A stretch of 64,000 bases of DNA from a virus. Its lineage: Duplodnaviria; Caudoviricetes. Below are positions 21,901 to 36,021 of this stretch, one piece after another. The stretch is from positions 1-64,000 of the IMG/VR virus record IMGVR_UViG_2061766007_001346. One strand, 5' to 3'. Position 1 is the stretch's first letter. Every line of letters begins with the position of its first letter. The notes below the pieces were generated by a model. That model was not told the origin of the DNA and searched no databases. It worked only from the letters and a program-made list of their open reading frames with translations. A program made the translations under genes and the position numbers.

Positions 21901-24900
21901 TGCGCCAAGTCCGGCAAAACGTCTTCTGATAGCATCTTTATTAAGGAAGGACGTAATTGTAGATTGGAACGAACCCTTAATAGTGTTGGCACTGAACGGA
22001 ATTCTGGTTTTGTAAGAACCGTTTGCCAAATCTCTGTTAGCAATAGCAACAAATGACTGTGCCAAACCCAATACGTCTTTCTGATTCGTATCAAACGCTT
22101 TTACAAGAGCTTCGCCGATGATTTGATAAATTTTGTTCTCATCGTTTGCATCAACCGCATCAATTATAGTTCTGACTGAATCCAAAGCAACAGAACCAAT
22201 CATCTCGTAGATCTCGTTCACATCTCCCATTAAGTAACCGTTCTGTACAAGAGCGGATATCATCTGGGTCATTTCTCTAACACCACGAGTGTCTTCAATT
22301 TCATGGTCAGGATTCATCTGAATTCCATAGTGTAGGGTAGATACCTCAAACCATTTAGGAGTAGAAGCGTTACCGTACTTTAAAATTTCGGGACTGTTAA
22401 TGTTACGAACACCAGTTTTAATGGCAGAACCATTAACAGCTAATGCAACAAACGAGTCCTTTAAGCCTTCTTCACAAACAATTACATTTGCAATATCGAC
22501 GTTTGCTTCAGATCATACGAACTTATTAAGTTCGTCACTTCAAACTTCACAATATGCACCACCAAATAATTGGTCAATACCATAAGTAGTATTTTCTAAT
22601 AGATATTCTTTATGGGTATTTGCTTCACCAGTAGGGTCACTAAACGGAGTATGATCTTCATTATAGTACTGCCATTCGGCAAAGACACCATTTTCGTCTC
22701 TGCCAACTCTAACAAGTTTTTCATGCATCAACAGATCCAGATTATATCTGAATAAGTCTCCCATAAAGGTTACGTTTTCGTTCTCTTCATTAAAGTGCTT
22801 AGATTTGCCATAATATTTTGTAAAATCGATGTCTCCGATTTTATTATTCTTAATGGCGTTCATTATCTTGAACAGCGTTTCAAACGAGAAATCAGTAACT
22901 TCGCATCCTAATCGACGCATTTCGTTTGTTAATACATACTCGGCAAATTTAAGTTCACCACCAGTACCAGTTTCTCTATCTAACCAGTTAGCGAATGTTT
23001 TCTTCTTCTGATCACCAACTCTACGGTCTAGCAGGGAAAAGTTCTGTTGTCTGGAAAATTTAGGATCACAAAACGCACCACCATCTTGAGCATCTTTGCT
23101 ATCTTTATGTCCAATAAAGTTATAAACCTTTGCCTGGATATCGTCAAACGCCATTAATTTCATGTGTGACGAAATTCCATACTTCGTACCCTGTGCAAAA
23201 TAAATTTTAGATGCATTAGCAGAAACTGTACGTTTTGACATATCCGTTAATCTTGACGATTCGTCTTCGTCAAGATATCTCTTAAAAGCGTCAGATACAT
23301 CTTCTCCTCTTAAGAAACGGAATAAGTCATCAGAACTTGATAGATTGAATTTAGCATGCTTTCCTTTATATCCGTTCACATCGCCAAATAATAAATCATT
23401 AAACTGACCCGATAAGAAGGAATCAGCATAGAAGAATCCTTCTAAGATAGGATTGAGCTCAAATTCTGTATTACTTCAATCAACATTGTTTAGATCTGTT
23501 CAATCAAAAGCGAATTCTTTACCATCTCGTTTTGCAATAAATAACTTCATTGAACCGTCAATCGGGTCAAATCACGTACCGTGTGTTTTTTGTTTTTCCC
23601 TAAATATTGCTCTTCAGCTTGGATTAGTATTAGGATCAAGAGTGAAACCTATTTCCATCAAGTCGCGAATGAACTTAAGTTTTTCACGTTGCATTCTTTG
23701 TCTGAAGGCTTCTGGAGAAGAATTAGTCTTTAATTGATTAGCAAGGGTTATATTGAAAGTAACTTCCTTATTATCAAGTACATTATAGTCAGACACGTAT
23801 AAATCAGCAACATCTCCGAATCTACGTTGAAGCTCAGCCTTTGCGTTTTTACCATATGTATCGGAAAATTCCTTTAATTTTTCACTAGCTCTATAGAAGT
23901 AATCGAGTACCGACTCGCCTTCACCTCGTTTTAATCCTCAACCCAATGTTGCAGAGAACCTTTCAATAACGTTCAATGCTTGTGCTTCATATTTACTAAG
24001 ACGGACTTTACGCATTTCTTCTTCAAAGAACGCAATAGCTTCGTCGCGTTCGGGATTGAAGTCGGAAATTGATTTAAGTAGATAACTCAATCGCTTTCCA
24101 TTAAGTATAATGCGATTTAATTTAAATTCCACAATATAATGAGTCCGTTTATCGGAATACGCAATGGGCTGGATTCAAATAGAAGTATCGGTTATTTCGG
24201 TTTTCTGTGCCTTCTTGTCATTTTTAACCAAAGAGTTACTTCCAAATAAGTTACTATAGAAGTCTACAGCAATTGCTTCCTGCATTACTTCCGCCGGTAG
24301 TAACTGTGTGGAAATCTTTGATGTGTCGTCAATTTTTGTTTCAGCTCTTGTCGCAATTGTTCCAATAGCATTACCGGCCTGTATAAGTACGTTGTTGCCA
24401 AACACACCATCACGTTCAAGTTGCGTCATGTTTTCATACTGTCCAGTATTCATATTGAACATTCGTATGTTAGAACGTTCCGTCATTGTTTGCGGATTTG
24501 TGAGTCTATATATTTCACGTTTGACGTCAAAAACAGACGTTCTTAACTGACTAGTGGGTAAGTTATTTCCTTCCGAGTTCTTAACAACCGTTGCATATTC
24601 TGCACCGAGAACAACACTATAGAAGTTTGCAATATCTCTAAAATCGTAATAATATTTATGTAATTTTAATTCTTCGCCACGATATAGATATTCATATCCA
24701 CTATAGAGATTTTTAGTTGGATCGGTTTCACTTCGGCTACTAGCAGTCAGTACAATAAACGCAATCTGGGAGAAGGCGTCCCACGCAGTATCCTTGATGT
24801 TAGGATTTGTAGAATTCCAAACCTGAACAAAGTCGGCAGGAAGAACTAAACCAGTTACATCTTCAATGAACGATTTTGTAAACGCATCGGAAATTTGTTT

Positions 24901-26412
24901 ACGGCCAATGGTTACATTATCTGTGTTTCTATCGACAACAAACGAATACTTATTTTTTTGAGGATCTAAGTTACTTTTGACCTTATATTCCAAGTCGGCA
25001 AATCCTTTGTCATCCGTTAGTTTTATCGTAGATGTATTGCCACTATTTAATGTAACGGATATAGGACCAATCTTGATACCATATTTGGTTATCAAATCCT
25101 GTAATAATTGAGGATTATTTCTCAACTGATATACACGGTTCTTTATAATACGTTGGATGCTATATAACTGACGATTAATTAGATTAGATTCCAATAAATC
25201 GGACACAAAACGAAATGCATTTGGTCCCTTTTCTATTGAATCCGGATCATATTCTAATCTATAGCCAAGATATGCATATCTTACAGATGTTATGAATTGG
25301 TTTCCAAAAATTCTTTTAATATTCTCATCAAGATTAGGATTCTTGAAAATATTATCGTTAATTGCTCTTGCCGCGATTTTAATTTCAGAAGTAGCTGTAG
25401 ACTTTTGAATAAATGTATCAAGTAATTGTGCAAAATTACTACCAGTTTCTGTTGTAGCAACAGCCTCTTCTAGACCAGTATATAGCAGTTCACGATATGT
25501 ATTTTCTTCGTGATTTTCTGCTCATTCGATAACCTGGCCAGAAACAGCTTGGAAACGGGCAAGTTTGATTGGAATACCATTAGCATCTTTGAAATAGTCC
25601 AATAGTAATTTCACAAAGGAGCTTGTATAGTCTTCGGTTCCTGCAGTTTCACTATAACTCGAGAAACGGTCTTTATAGTTAAATGGACCTTTACTCACAT
25701 ACATGTCCTCTCCGTAAGTGCCGCTTAAAGCATATTCGGGCTTTATCGTAATATAATCAATTTCGTCTGTGAGAAGTTTATCAAAGTGAAGTAAAAGTAC
25801 ATAATCATCCATGTACTGTTTCCATTCTCCAGAATTATCTGATAAAGCCTTTTTATTAACTCTATAAAGAACACGCTTCACAAATCTAGTAAAGCTGCTC
25901 GACTTATCCAATACAGGAAGCTCTTTACCAGGTTCGATATATTGGTATAAATGTTTTAGTAATTCTAGTTTATAATTATGAAGGTTTGTGCTAATAGACT
26001 CTGGGTCTACCAGTTTACCATCTTTCAATAATGTTCTTTCTACAATATTTTGTCTGAAGGTGTTAACCATTCTTTCGTACTGCATTCGTAGTCCACCGTG
26101 TTCGGTATATACAGAATATGCCGTTAAGTCGGAAACATCTTCATCATTTGCATATGTGATTTCCTTATGCTCTTTAACTGGCTCCAGAGTGACTTCTTTT
26201 TCACCAAAGGTACGTATGAATTCAACAAAACTATCTTCGTCTATTAGACCGGTTGGATTTGAATCCGAGCTGATGCCCCTAAGTAGGGCATCAGCTGTCT
26301 CGGGTTCAAATTCAGATTGTATGTATTCTAATACGTCTCCATCCCAATAATGATCAAGCATGTAATCAAAATAGGTGTCTGGATTATACTTATTATTTCC
26401 ACAACCTTTCAT
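15997..26412 (-). CDS. Virion-packaged single-chain DNA-dependent RNA polymerase (~3471 aa) with C-terminal zincin domain
   Basis: Eleven in-frame fragments joined via TGA; DRIPSQSMQS and QGSDFDIDK (20179-20193); DAQDGG..KKKT second barrel; PIHEFLH..KEE (16501-16515). Confidence 0.9.
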
Positions 26413-26426
26413 TTCTTTTTATAAAA

Positions 26427-29400
26427 TTATATTACACATTTTGGTTCTCCTGCTTCATGTCAGGCATTATACCAACTAACTAATTCGCTAAAGCTTTCAC
26501 TATTTGTCGCGTAAGAGCCATTTCTAATCGCCTTCTTAAACTCGACTCATAATTGGGACTCTGCTTGCGATAATGACGCTTTATAGAATTTTTTCTTGGC
26601 GATATCTAAATACGGGTCGACTACGCCATCTAAGTTAATACTTTTTATTCAATTTTCAAAATTTTGTGATTTGTCTGGTTTCTCGGTTGGAGCAAACAGT
26701 GTTGCTTTCCAGTCTCCGTTTTCGATTTTTGCCTCTCCCTGATACATTAAGACATCATCTTGTGTATATACGGAGAAGTTATATGTACTTCCAATAGTAC
26801 TATCGACTACGATTTTATAATCATCATATTTTGAATCAGGTTTGTCTTTAAGAATTTCTTTTAGAATGGTATCTTCCATTGGTGAATTCTGAACAATACT
26901 AATTTGTCCATTATCTTCAACAACGGCTGTAAACCGTCCGCCAAGAACTTCTTTATTACTATCAAGATAAGCATTTATAGCTTCAATGGGATCAGAAGAT
27001 TTACTTAAATCCTGTACAAATTTATTGAACTCGCTAATTTTAGTTCTAAACAAATTTAGTCCAGATGTTAATCATGAAACCAAATTATTTTCAACAAGTA
27101 TCTGAGAGAATCTGTCTTCCAGGAACTTTTTATCTGCTTCTGGATTGAGATTATAATCAGTTTTATCAATTCGGACAGTCTTCTTTTTAAAGTTAATCGA
27201 CGTTATTCTTCCGATTTCATTTAAACCACTATAGTCAGAAATTTGCCTTAAGAACCAAGACGGGGCGGTTAGATTTCCCTTCACAACCCACAGATTATCG
27301 TTCTTATGAATTGTTGTTTCCTTTGAGAAGCGAATCTGAGATGGGTCTCTCTGTAAGAGAACTCTTCCTTCATTTGTGAAAATGTTGAAAGGAAGTTCGG
27401 ATTCATTGCCCTCAATGTTAACTCGAATACCTGTATCGTTTGAGAAAACTAAATTAACCTTATGCAATGGTCTATTTGGAGCGTTTCAGTCTTGCTCAAA
27501 AATTCCAGCGGGCGTACTATAATAATGCATCGGACCATCTTGACCTATAAAAGTCTTAGAACCATCAAACAACGGATCGTTATCCGACCGTACTATAATT
27601 CTATGTATTTGGTCCATATCACCAAATGCTTCAGAAGACAGATATATATAGTATTCTCCAGAATTTGTCTTCATTGAACCATGGTTCTCAAAATTATAAT
27701 ACTTATCGCCGATCTTTAGTTGATACTTATTACTTTTAGCCACTTGAACAAGTTCGATTGTTTTATCCTCATACTTATATGTACGATCGGTTCGAATCGT
27801 TCCAAATTTACCATTCTTGATTTGTTCCGCACCATTGAAATCTTTTAACAATTCATACAATCGTTCTCTTGGATTTTCTGTTTTTATAGTAACTTCTCTA
27901 TTATGATTCCCATTGGATAGGGTAACAATGATTGAATCTCTTGTGGCTCTAATATGATCCATTGTTCTGAATTCTCCAATACTATTACCTAGTGCTTTAC
28001 GAAGTTCATCGTTCAGTTCAACAAGACAACTCATACCGTTTCGTGTAAAATGAATTTCGTATCCATTTAGTTGCAAGTCGACCAGACTAAATTGGTTTAC
28101 ACGTTTTTCTAACAATTTATCATACGTTTGTTCCAACTTAAGTTCATCCTCATTCTCGAATTTAGACGAAAGATTCATACTATATAATGGTGCAAGTACA
28201 CGAACGATATCTCAGCTCAAACTATTTATGTTTACATTTCCGGTAGACCATAGTTGTTGATGTGGAATAATTTGCGATACAGCAACAATGTGCCTGAATA
28301 TACCGTATTTAAATATGTTAGAGGTCTTGATGAGTTCGTCAAGCGAATCGCCATCAACCATCAGTTCACGATCCTGATTAGATAGTAATGTGATCAAATC
28401 GCCTTCAAATGGCGAATAGAATCGGAAACCGCCGTCCGCTTCTGGGATTGCAGTCGCCAACGAGAACATTGCACGATTTGTTTCAATAAGATCGTAAATA
28501 GATTCTGCAGTAAAGTCAGGATTAATAGACCTAATCGTTTGTGCAACAGCGTCATTGTTTAGTAATGTCTGAATAATTGATTCTAGCGTATTACCAAAGT
28601 CGGTTTCATTCTTAAACAAATCGTTCCAACTAATAGTACCAATGAGATCCTTATTTACAGCAGCTCTAGATGTCTGAGTCCAATATACATCAAGCATATT
28701 TGACCCGGACGAAGATGGTATGATATAGAAGTTAAGGAACTCTCTATCCGGCTTTAATGAGAAACGAAAACCTCTATGTCTAAGCTCTTGTGCTCGTACC
28801 GAATAAACACCAGTTCTATATATAAGATTTTGTGTAAAGTAACTTAATTTATCAGAGCCCTGCTTTGAGAAATAAGAGAACAGTGCCGATATAATACGGT
28901 CTACATCATAGTTATGTAGTATATTATATTTCGATCGGATAGTTCTTAGTCTCTCTGCAGTTTCCTGAGAGTAGTCACCTGTTTCCAACGCATATATAGC
29001 ATGAAAATCACTCCTCACTTCTTCCTCAGAATTTCCAAAAAATTCTGCAACTGCCTTAACGGCAGCTTGGTCGTTTTCGCCAGAAACATTACCATATGAT
29101 AAATGATTGATGTAACTGATGATATTTAAGAATTTATCAACTGCAGCATCGTATTGTACACCAGCGATAGCATATAAGTTTGGATCGTCGTTTAAGAAAT
29201 ATTGATAATGCCCATCTTTTTCTGGAGCAGTAAATAGTTCTCGTACTTCATCGTCGGATAATCCGAATTCATGCAGTAACATTGCGTAGGCATGACCTTT
29301 ATTACTTGCAAAATATTCGTTTCTGCGATTTATCTGATACTGATCGGAACCTAAGAATACCGCTGTTACAGGAACACCATTCAGATTTGCAAGATGTATG

Positions 29401-32400
29401 GATTTTGGTAATACAGCACGTAATTTCGCTCTTTTTTCTCCCTTACTCGTAATTGGAATAACCGGCGTTTCCTGTTTGAACATATCATCCGTAATCTTTA
29501 TGAATCCGGGCTCGAGATCAGAATCAAGTGGTGTATAAATAGAAATTGGCAATGCGTATCCATCGAAACAGTAATACAACACCATCTTTCCTTTATACAG
29601 TCTCTTGTAAAGAACACCCGTTCTATCTCTTAGTGATTGTTCAAAAGATATAATAAACTTACCGTTTACACCAAATAACTCATTTCTGTGTAAGTTTTGA
29701 GCTCTCCTGTTAAACACGCTCATCCAATCCTTAGGACTGTGGTTTAATACAATTCCGCTGAAACCAAGAAGGAATTCCTTAAAAGATTTAACAACCTGTG
29801 CGCTAGGAGTACCCGTCTTTATAAACGGATTGTAAGGTGTTAATTCTGCAAAATCTGTTTCGTCAACTCAGTTTGCAAAATCGTCAATATCAACAATCGA
29901 TTTACCACCATCCGCTTTGAGTGCCAGATACTTTTTAAATGCTTTTAATTTCATGCCTTTTAGTCCAATACCTAACGTTTCATCACCATTAAACTCATCA
30001 TTTGCTTTTGTGGCAGGACGGCTAATTTCGTCATCAGTAGCGTTTTCTGCTTCTTTTTCAAGCTCACTACCAAGTTCTTGCGCGACTTCTTCTACTGTTT
30101 TAGTATCATCTGCAAACGAAGAAGCTTCGTGTACATGTTTATATACAGGTTGGACTGGTTTTGTGGGCGGTCCGGGTTCTTTTCCTTCAGGATTTTCTTC
30201 CGTTGTTTCGGAAGCAGCTTCTCCAGGAATTGTATTCAACGCATTCATCTTAGTTTCAACATATTCTTTTGCAGAATCTGAATTAGGATCGAAACTAATA
30301 TCAAGTGTTGCCATCGGAGATTCATTTGCATTGGCGATTCCAAGCATTTGTAAGCCCATGGATTTAAGAATCCTTGTACCCTTACGTGATCTAGTTAATA
30401 AGGTATATGCTTTTTGATACATCGAGAACTTATTATCCTTATTTACCATACCAAATTTTTCATTCAGTATCACATAATCCGCTTCATCACCCGGTGCGTT
30501 TTCTACAGTTGTAAATCTTACATTAGGATTGTCCTTATGTTTTTCACGTACAGCTTCAAATGTGCCATCTGGAGTAACAACCAATAACGTTTCGTTTTCC
30601 GCTAAACCGTCGATCATTCCGTTAATCAGAGTATCGTCGATTTCTGCAACAATTTCAGTACCAGCAAGTTTTTTATCTGGAGTAAATCCATATTGTAACA
30701 TTACTGGAGGAACAGTTACTTCTGATAACGCTAATTCCTCTGATCAACCCGGTTTATCTTTCTTAGCATCAATCATTTTTGCGACATTTCTTCCAAGAGC
30801 GTCATCGTTTGTAGATTGACCAGAATTGGCGTTTCTCATCGAAATCGTCAGTTTGGTAGAGAAAATTCCGATACAGTCGTCAAGTCCAGCAGATATACCG
30901 GTCGAAGATGTTTCGCCAGCCTGCATTAAGTTACCAAGACCAATAATATGAACACCTTGTTCTTTAGCAGCATTTGTTAATGCGGTTCACAGACCTTCCT
31001 TAACGAGAGTGCATTCATCGATTGTTAATACACGAAGTTGGCCGTCGACAGGTTTACCAAAAATTGCGTCAAAATTGATCTTCACTTTTGGATCAGACCA
31101 TACGTGACTATGTGCAGTACCAGTACGTTCTGTATCAGACTTAATATAATCACTCTCGTTAAATTTGTCAACACCTAATAATTTAGCCATTAACTCGTTA
31201 AGAGAATATGTGCGATCTGCATCAAGTCCCATACCTTCGGCGCGCGCTCTAATCTTAGAAACAGCGACTTCGTTAATCCCGTCAAAGAAGGATAGTGCTA
31301 TATTATGAATAACAGTACTCTTACCACATCCTGCAAAACCATCAATGATTACAGTGTTCCAGAGTTTTGTTCTACTGAGTAGGTATCTTTCATTTAATTC
31401 AGTGTCATCTGGTTTATCTGGAATAATAATGCCGCTATCTAATGCAGCTTCCGTAGAATCGTAAATTGCATCGACACCGTTATTTATCATTTCCGGATGC
31501 ATGAGTTCCAAGCATATCAGCCTGATTGCTAATTCCTGACCAAAGAACGGCTTTTTGCCTTCCTGTAAGAAGAACTTCTTCAGTTTGTTTCCGAATCAAT
31601 AGGAATCTACACCAACTATAGTTGCAAGATATGTAGCGATATCAAAGTTTTGTAAAGTATCATCCTCTTCTTTAGAAAGAATGCCGTTCTTCATCTTATA
31701 TATATCGTTAAATGCTTTAAATATATTATAAGAAACGGTTCCCAGATTTAACTGTTTTTCTTCGACATGCTTATAAATTCTGTGCTCTAAATCCTGGAAA
31801 GCGACCATTGATTTAACTTGATTTTCCTTACTATTGTCTTCAAAATCGTATGTAAGTAGGCCAAGTTCATCAATAGCGGCCTTAATATCAAAATCACCTA
31901 AGGCTTCTTGAACTTTCTTAATAATTTCTACAGAATTGTCGTCATCATCTCTTTGATTAAAGAAGTTAATAATGTTTCTATAGAAATTCTTTCTCACAAG
32001 AATATGCTCGCGTTCCTTAAGTCCACGGTTTCTTCCATCAAGTTCTCTTAGGTATAAGAGTTGATTCTCGAGATAATCAAGATCGTTCTTATAAATATAA
32101 GCAATGTCGTTGGGGATTACTGGCAATAATTCAGCGCCCTCTTCTTTGAGCATCTCATTTGCAGACTCATTCATTCCTGAACTTGCAGCAAAGATAACAC
32201 CTCTTACAACAGGAAGAATATTTTCTGCCATTTCGAGTTGAGTTCTACTGAATTGATTACTATAGAAATATTCAGTGACACCTTTTTGGCCTAGCGTAGC
32301 TCTCTCGTTTGCAATTATATCTAATAGCGGATTTTCTGTCCCCATTAAAGAGAACGTTAGTACCTTTGCTAGTTCAATTGTCGGAGTAAGCTTTAGAGTC

Positions 32401-35400
32401 TTAGATATATCAACAGCCTGCTTCATCTTCTCTGCGATAGACTTAAGTAGGTCTATATTAAATATATCCATAACCGCCTGTTTTGCAGCAGGATCTTTAG
32501 CAACATTTACGTTCAAATCCTTTTCGAATTTTTCTATCAGTTGGATAGCTTTTTCTGGATCCTGGTAAAGACTATCAAGAATAGCTTTGTAACGATTAAC
32601 TGTATCACTATAAATAGCAGTATTTGTTCTATCGAAGAACCTATTCTCTGCAATATAGTTGTCTCTCTCGTTCTTAAGTCTTTCTCAAATTTTTTCGCGT
32701 ATCTCGTTTGACCATTCTTCGTCATCGACAGCTTTTTTTAATTCTTCGATGTCGTTCGCAAAACGAGGATCATTTTCAAACAATTTGATAATCACCTCAT
32801 TATTCGATTCGTTTTTCATCAAATCGTATTCATGAATTACAGGGGTCTGTTTGATAAAATCCTCCGTATTAACAGGAACGGCATTAATGCGTCTTGATAA
32901 ATCTTGACTGATGGCCTTAAAAGCATATTTGATAAAATCGTCAGCACCTAAACCAACGATGTTCTGCTCTTTCATGGCCTTATACTGATTTATTGCGAAG
33001 TCGAGTAACTTATGATAACGTTGCCCGATCGTTAACGCGTTGCCAAGCTCGTCTATACCAGAATTAATAATAATATCAATTTGTCCGTGTAGACTTTGGA
33101 ATAGTTCGTCGAGATCCGGATTTTCGGCATCCAGTGCCTTTACGTTGATACGTGTAGCACGATCGAGTAAAGTAGACGGATCTACGTTTTCAGGATGTTC
33201 GAGCGTTTGACCATATACATCAGATGTAAGATTGACACCGGTTATATCGCCAAGTTGCTGTTGTAACACAGGAGTAAACAAGTCCTGTGCATATTGGAAT
33301 AGTTCGTTAGAGCGTTGAAGAGCATCGATTCCTGTGGACTTAATATAGTTCTCGTATTCTTTATCAATGATTTTCTTTTCGTTTTCATCAGCATCACTAT
33401 AGGTGGTACGATGTCTTAAGAATGCAAAGGAATCTTTGCTGAGAACGTTAGGGCCCTGAGCGGAAATCATCGAACTAACGAGACCAGAATGTGAAGCGTA
33501 GTGAGCATATCTTATGTAATAAGATGCCGCTTTACCACTAAATAGTGCTTCTAACTGTTCTTGTTTCTGTTTCTTTTTTTCCTCTAGGTCTTTGATGAAC
33601 GGATCTTTGTTAATGGCTTCGTTTCGTTCTGCAGAACGTGTGTCTGGGAACTGAGCCGTTAAGAATCCTTTGCGGCCTTCAATTTCTTGTTCTAACTCAA
33701 CGATATCGAGTGCGAGATTACCAAAATCGGTAAGAATGATATTTGCAAAACCAGTGCGTTTGGCAAATTCCTCAAAGTTGTTGATTTTATGCTTTTTACG
33801 GTATTCCTGTTCAGTAATTCCTTCTTTTTTGGCACCCTCTTTAACTTCCTTACGGAGTTGGTCCATGATAGGATTGCCACTATTTTCGAATTGTTTAAAC
33901 TGTTCGGGAGAAAGAACCTTACGTAAAACTTCTTCATCTGTAAGAAGTAACTGATTCTTTTTCATTATTTCCGCAAGAGCTTTGATCTTAACCTTAAGGG
34001 CGTTATACACAACGTCGTTCTGGCTAGGTTTGTCTCCCTTCTCATCTCACGTCCAAACTTCCTTGGATGGATCTGTTGCATCTTTTACTCATTTTCCATC
34101 CATGGACAGATTTGTATTAGCAAGACCACGCTTATATAGACGATTTAATTCACCTATAGTACGATCTTCACCATATAATTGAATTGCTCTGATAAGTGCA
34201 CCATCGACACCTGTGCCAGTATATTTAGAAATATTACTATTGAGTACTTTGCTATGCCAATCGTCCAATCCTTGGAATACAGCGCCACCAACAGCGCCAC
34301 CAACAAACGCCGTTGCATATCGTTGCATTGCGTCGTTCCACGTAAGTCCGAATTCAAGCTGATCATGAGTATCGTCAGAAATCTTATATCCAAGATGTTC
34401 AAGTCCGAGAGAAACGAGTTTGATGACATCAAGAGCCTGCTCTTCCATTACTTCCTCAATACCTTCGTTTAATGCATGATGTACATATACACCACCAACA
34501 TTCTTTATCGCGCCAACGCTTCCGGGTATTGCAAGATCTAACGCCTTAATAGGAGCGAAACTCTTTTCCGTTCATGCCTGTTTGGTAGCATTGAATACGC
34601 GTTTAAATAGGTTCTGAGCTTCTTTCTCCGTTGCGGTAGGAGCCAATTTCAGTAAATGCTGTCCTTTCTTACTAGCCTTAACACTCTGCGCAATTCCATC
34701 TGCTACAATATCAGACTGTTTCTTAAGAGCGTCTGTTATTTCAGGTGCTGCGTTGACCCAAGTATTTCTGAATAACCAGCCTTTAAAATAATTGGACTGC
34801 ATTAATCCGAACATTGCAGCAGTATAGGCAAGCATAGAAACACCTGCTGATACATCAGACATGCCGGCTTTCTTAAAGGTTTCTAGTGAGCTTTCTGCAG
34901 ACGTTAATGCCATATAACCAAGGCTCATGGATCCGAACAAGCCTGTATTGAATTTCGTTGAAGGAAGTTTTAAGATTTCAGGAATTCTTGTAAATGTTCT
35001 CTGCTCAAACAGTTGTTTCGCAGAAGTAACAATCATATCACCGATATTTTCAAAGGACCACTGATTTTCAAGCGAATGTCTACTCTTAGACGTGTCAAAT
35101 TGCGAGAAGAACGCAATTCTGTTATTAAGTCTCTTACCATATTCGGTACTATCCGAATCGTGTGTAAGAATACCATTTACAGCTTTAGCAAGTACTGGTA
35201 GTGATCTTGCAAGTCCATATACAGCACCAATGGCACCAAGAGCGGGACCAACATATGGAATCAAGTATGGAGCGACCATAGTAACTGTTCTTGCAATTGT
35301 ACCGGCAACACTCTTATCCAAACTATCGTTGTCAAAGAAATCATATTTGTTTAGCCAGGTGTCTTCAGCAGTAAGGGTGTCTGTGTAATGGAGCATCTCT

Positions 35401-36020
35401 TTGCCAAAAGAACTCTCTCCATCACGAAGCTCCTTATAATACGGATCTCCCGTATCTGGGTCTAGCAACGGAACACCGTTTTCGTCAGTAGCAATATACA
35501 TCGGCTTTCTTGATAATGCCTTGAACAAACCGCCCTTATCGTTTGGTGTATAGTCCAAGACATTATCATCAGCGTCGTGAACACGATTAGCCTGAGCAAC
35601 CTCTCGATAATCATAACTTTCCTTTCCGGTTTCACGTAGATTACCAAGGCCTCTCTGGTGTCGCCACATATCGTTTACTTCGAATACTTTTGTACTAGTA
35701 TCCCAGATGTTTGTATCACCCATTCTGGAGATATCTTCTGGACTTCTTGCAATACTTTTTACAATAGTATCCGCAAAATCGGTATTTGCTCATTCGTTAT
35801 ATGCCCTTCTAGCACTATCATAAAATTGATTAAATGCGTTCTCATCAAAATTTCCTTCGTCATCAGAAAATCGTTCAACTACTTTATCAATTCCTTTGTA
35901 ATAACTCGCATCCTTTAGTCCGGTGTTACTCGGAGTAAGGCCATACGCGTAAAAATCTAATAATGTAAAATCTTCTGGTGCATTTAATTGTGCTGCAAAA
36001 AAGTCATTTAATTTTTCCAT
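26427..36020 (-). CDS. Giant virion cargo protein (~3197 aa) with N-terminal hydrophobic helices and an internal SF1 helicase domain
   Basis: Twelve in-frame fragments joined via TGA; GFAGCGKST, LTIDE, GNLMQ, TTVENAPGDEAD, YTLLTRSRKG; Gly/Ala-rich hydrophobic segments near the N-terminus. Confidence 0.8.
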
Positions 36021-36021
36021 A

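Noticed and set aside
15997-26412. Intein or intron in the RNAP gene
   Set aside because: The frame appears continuous under TGA=Trp and no splicing or LAGLIDADG motifs were recognised.
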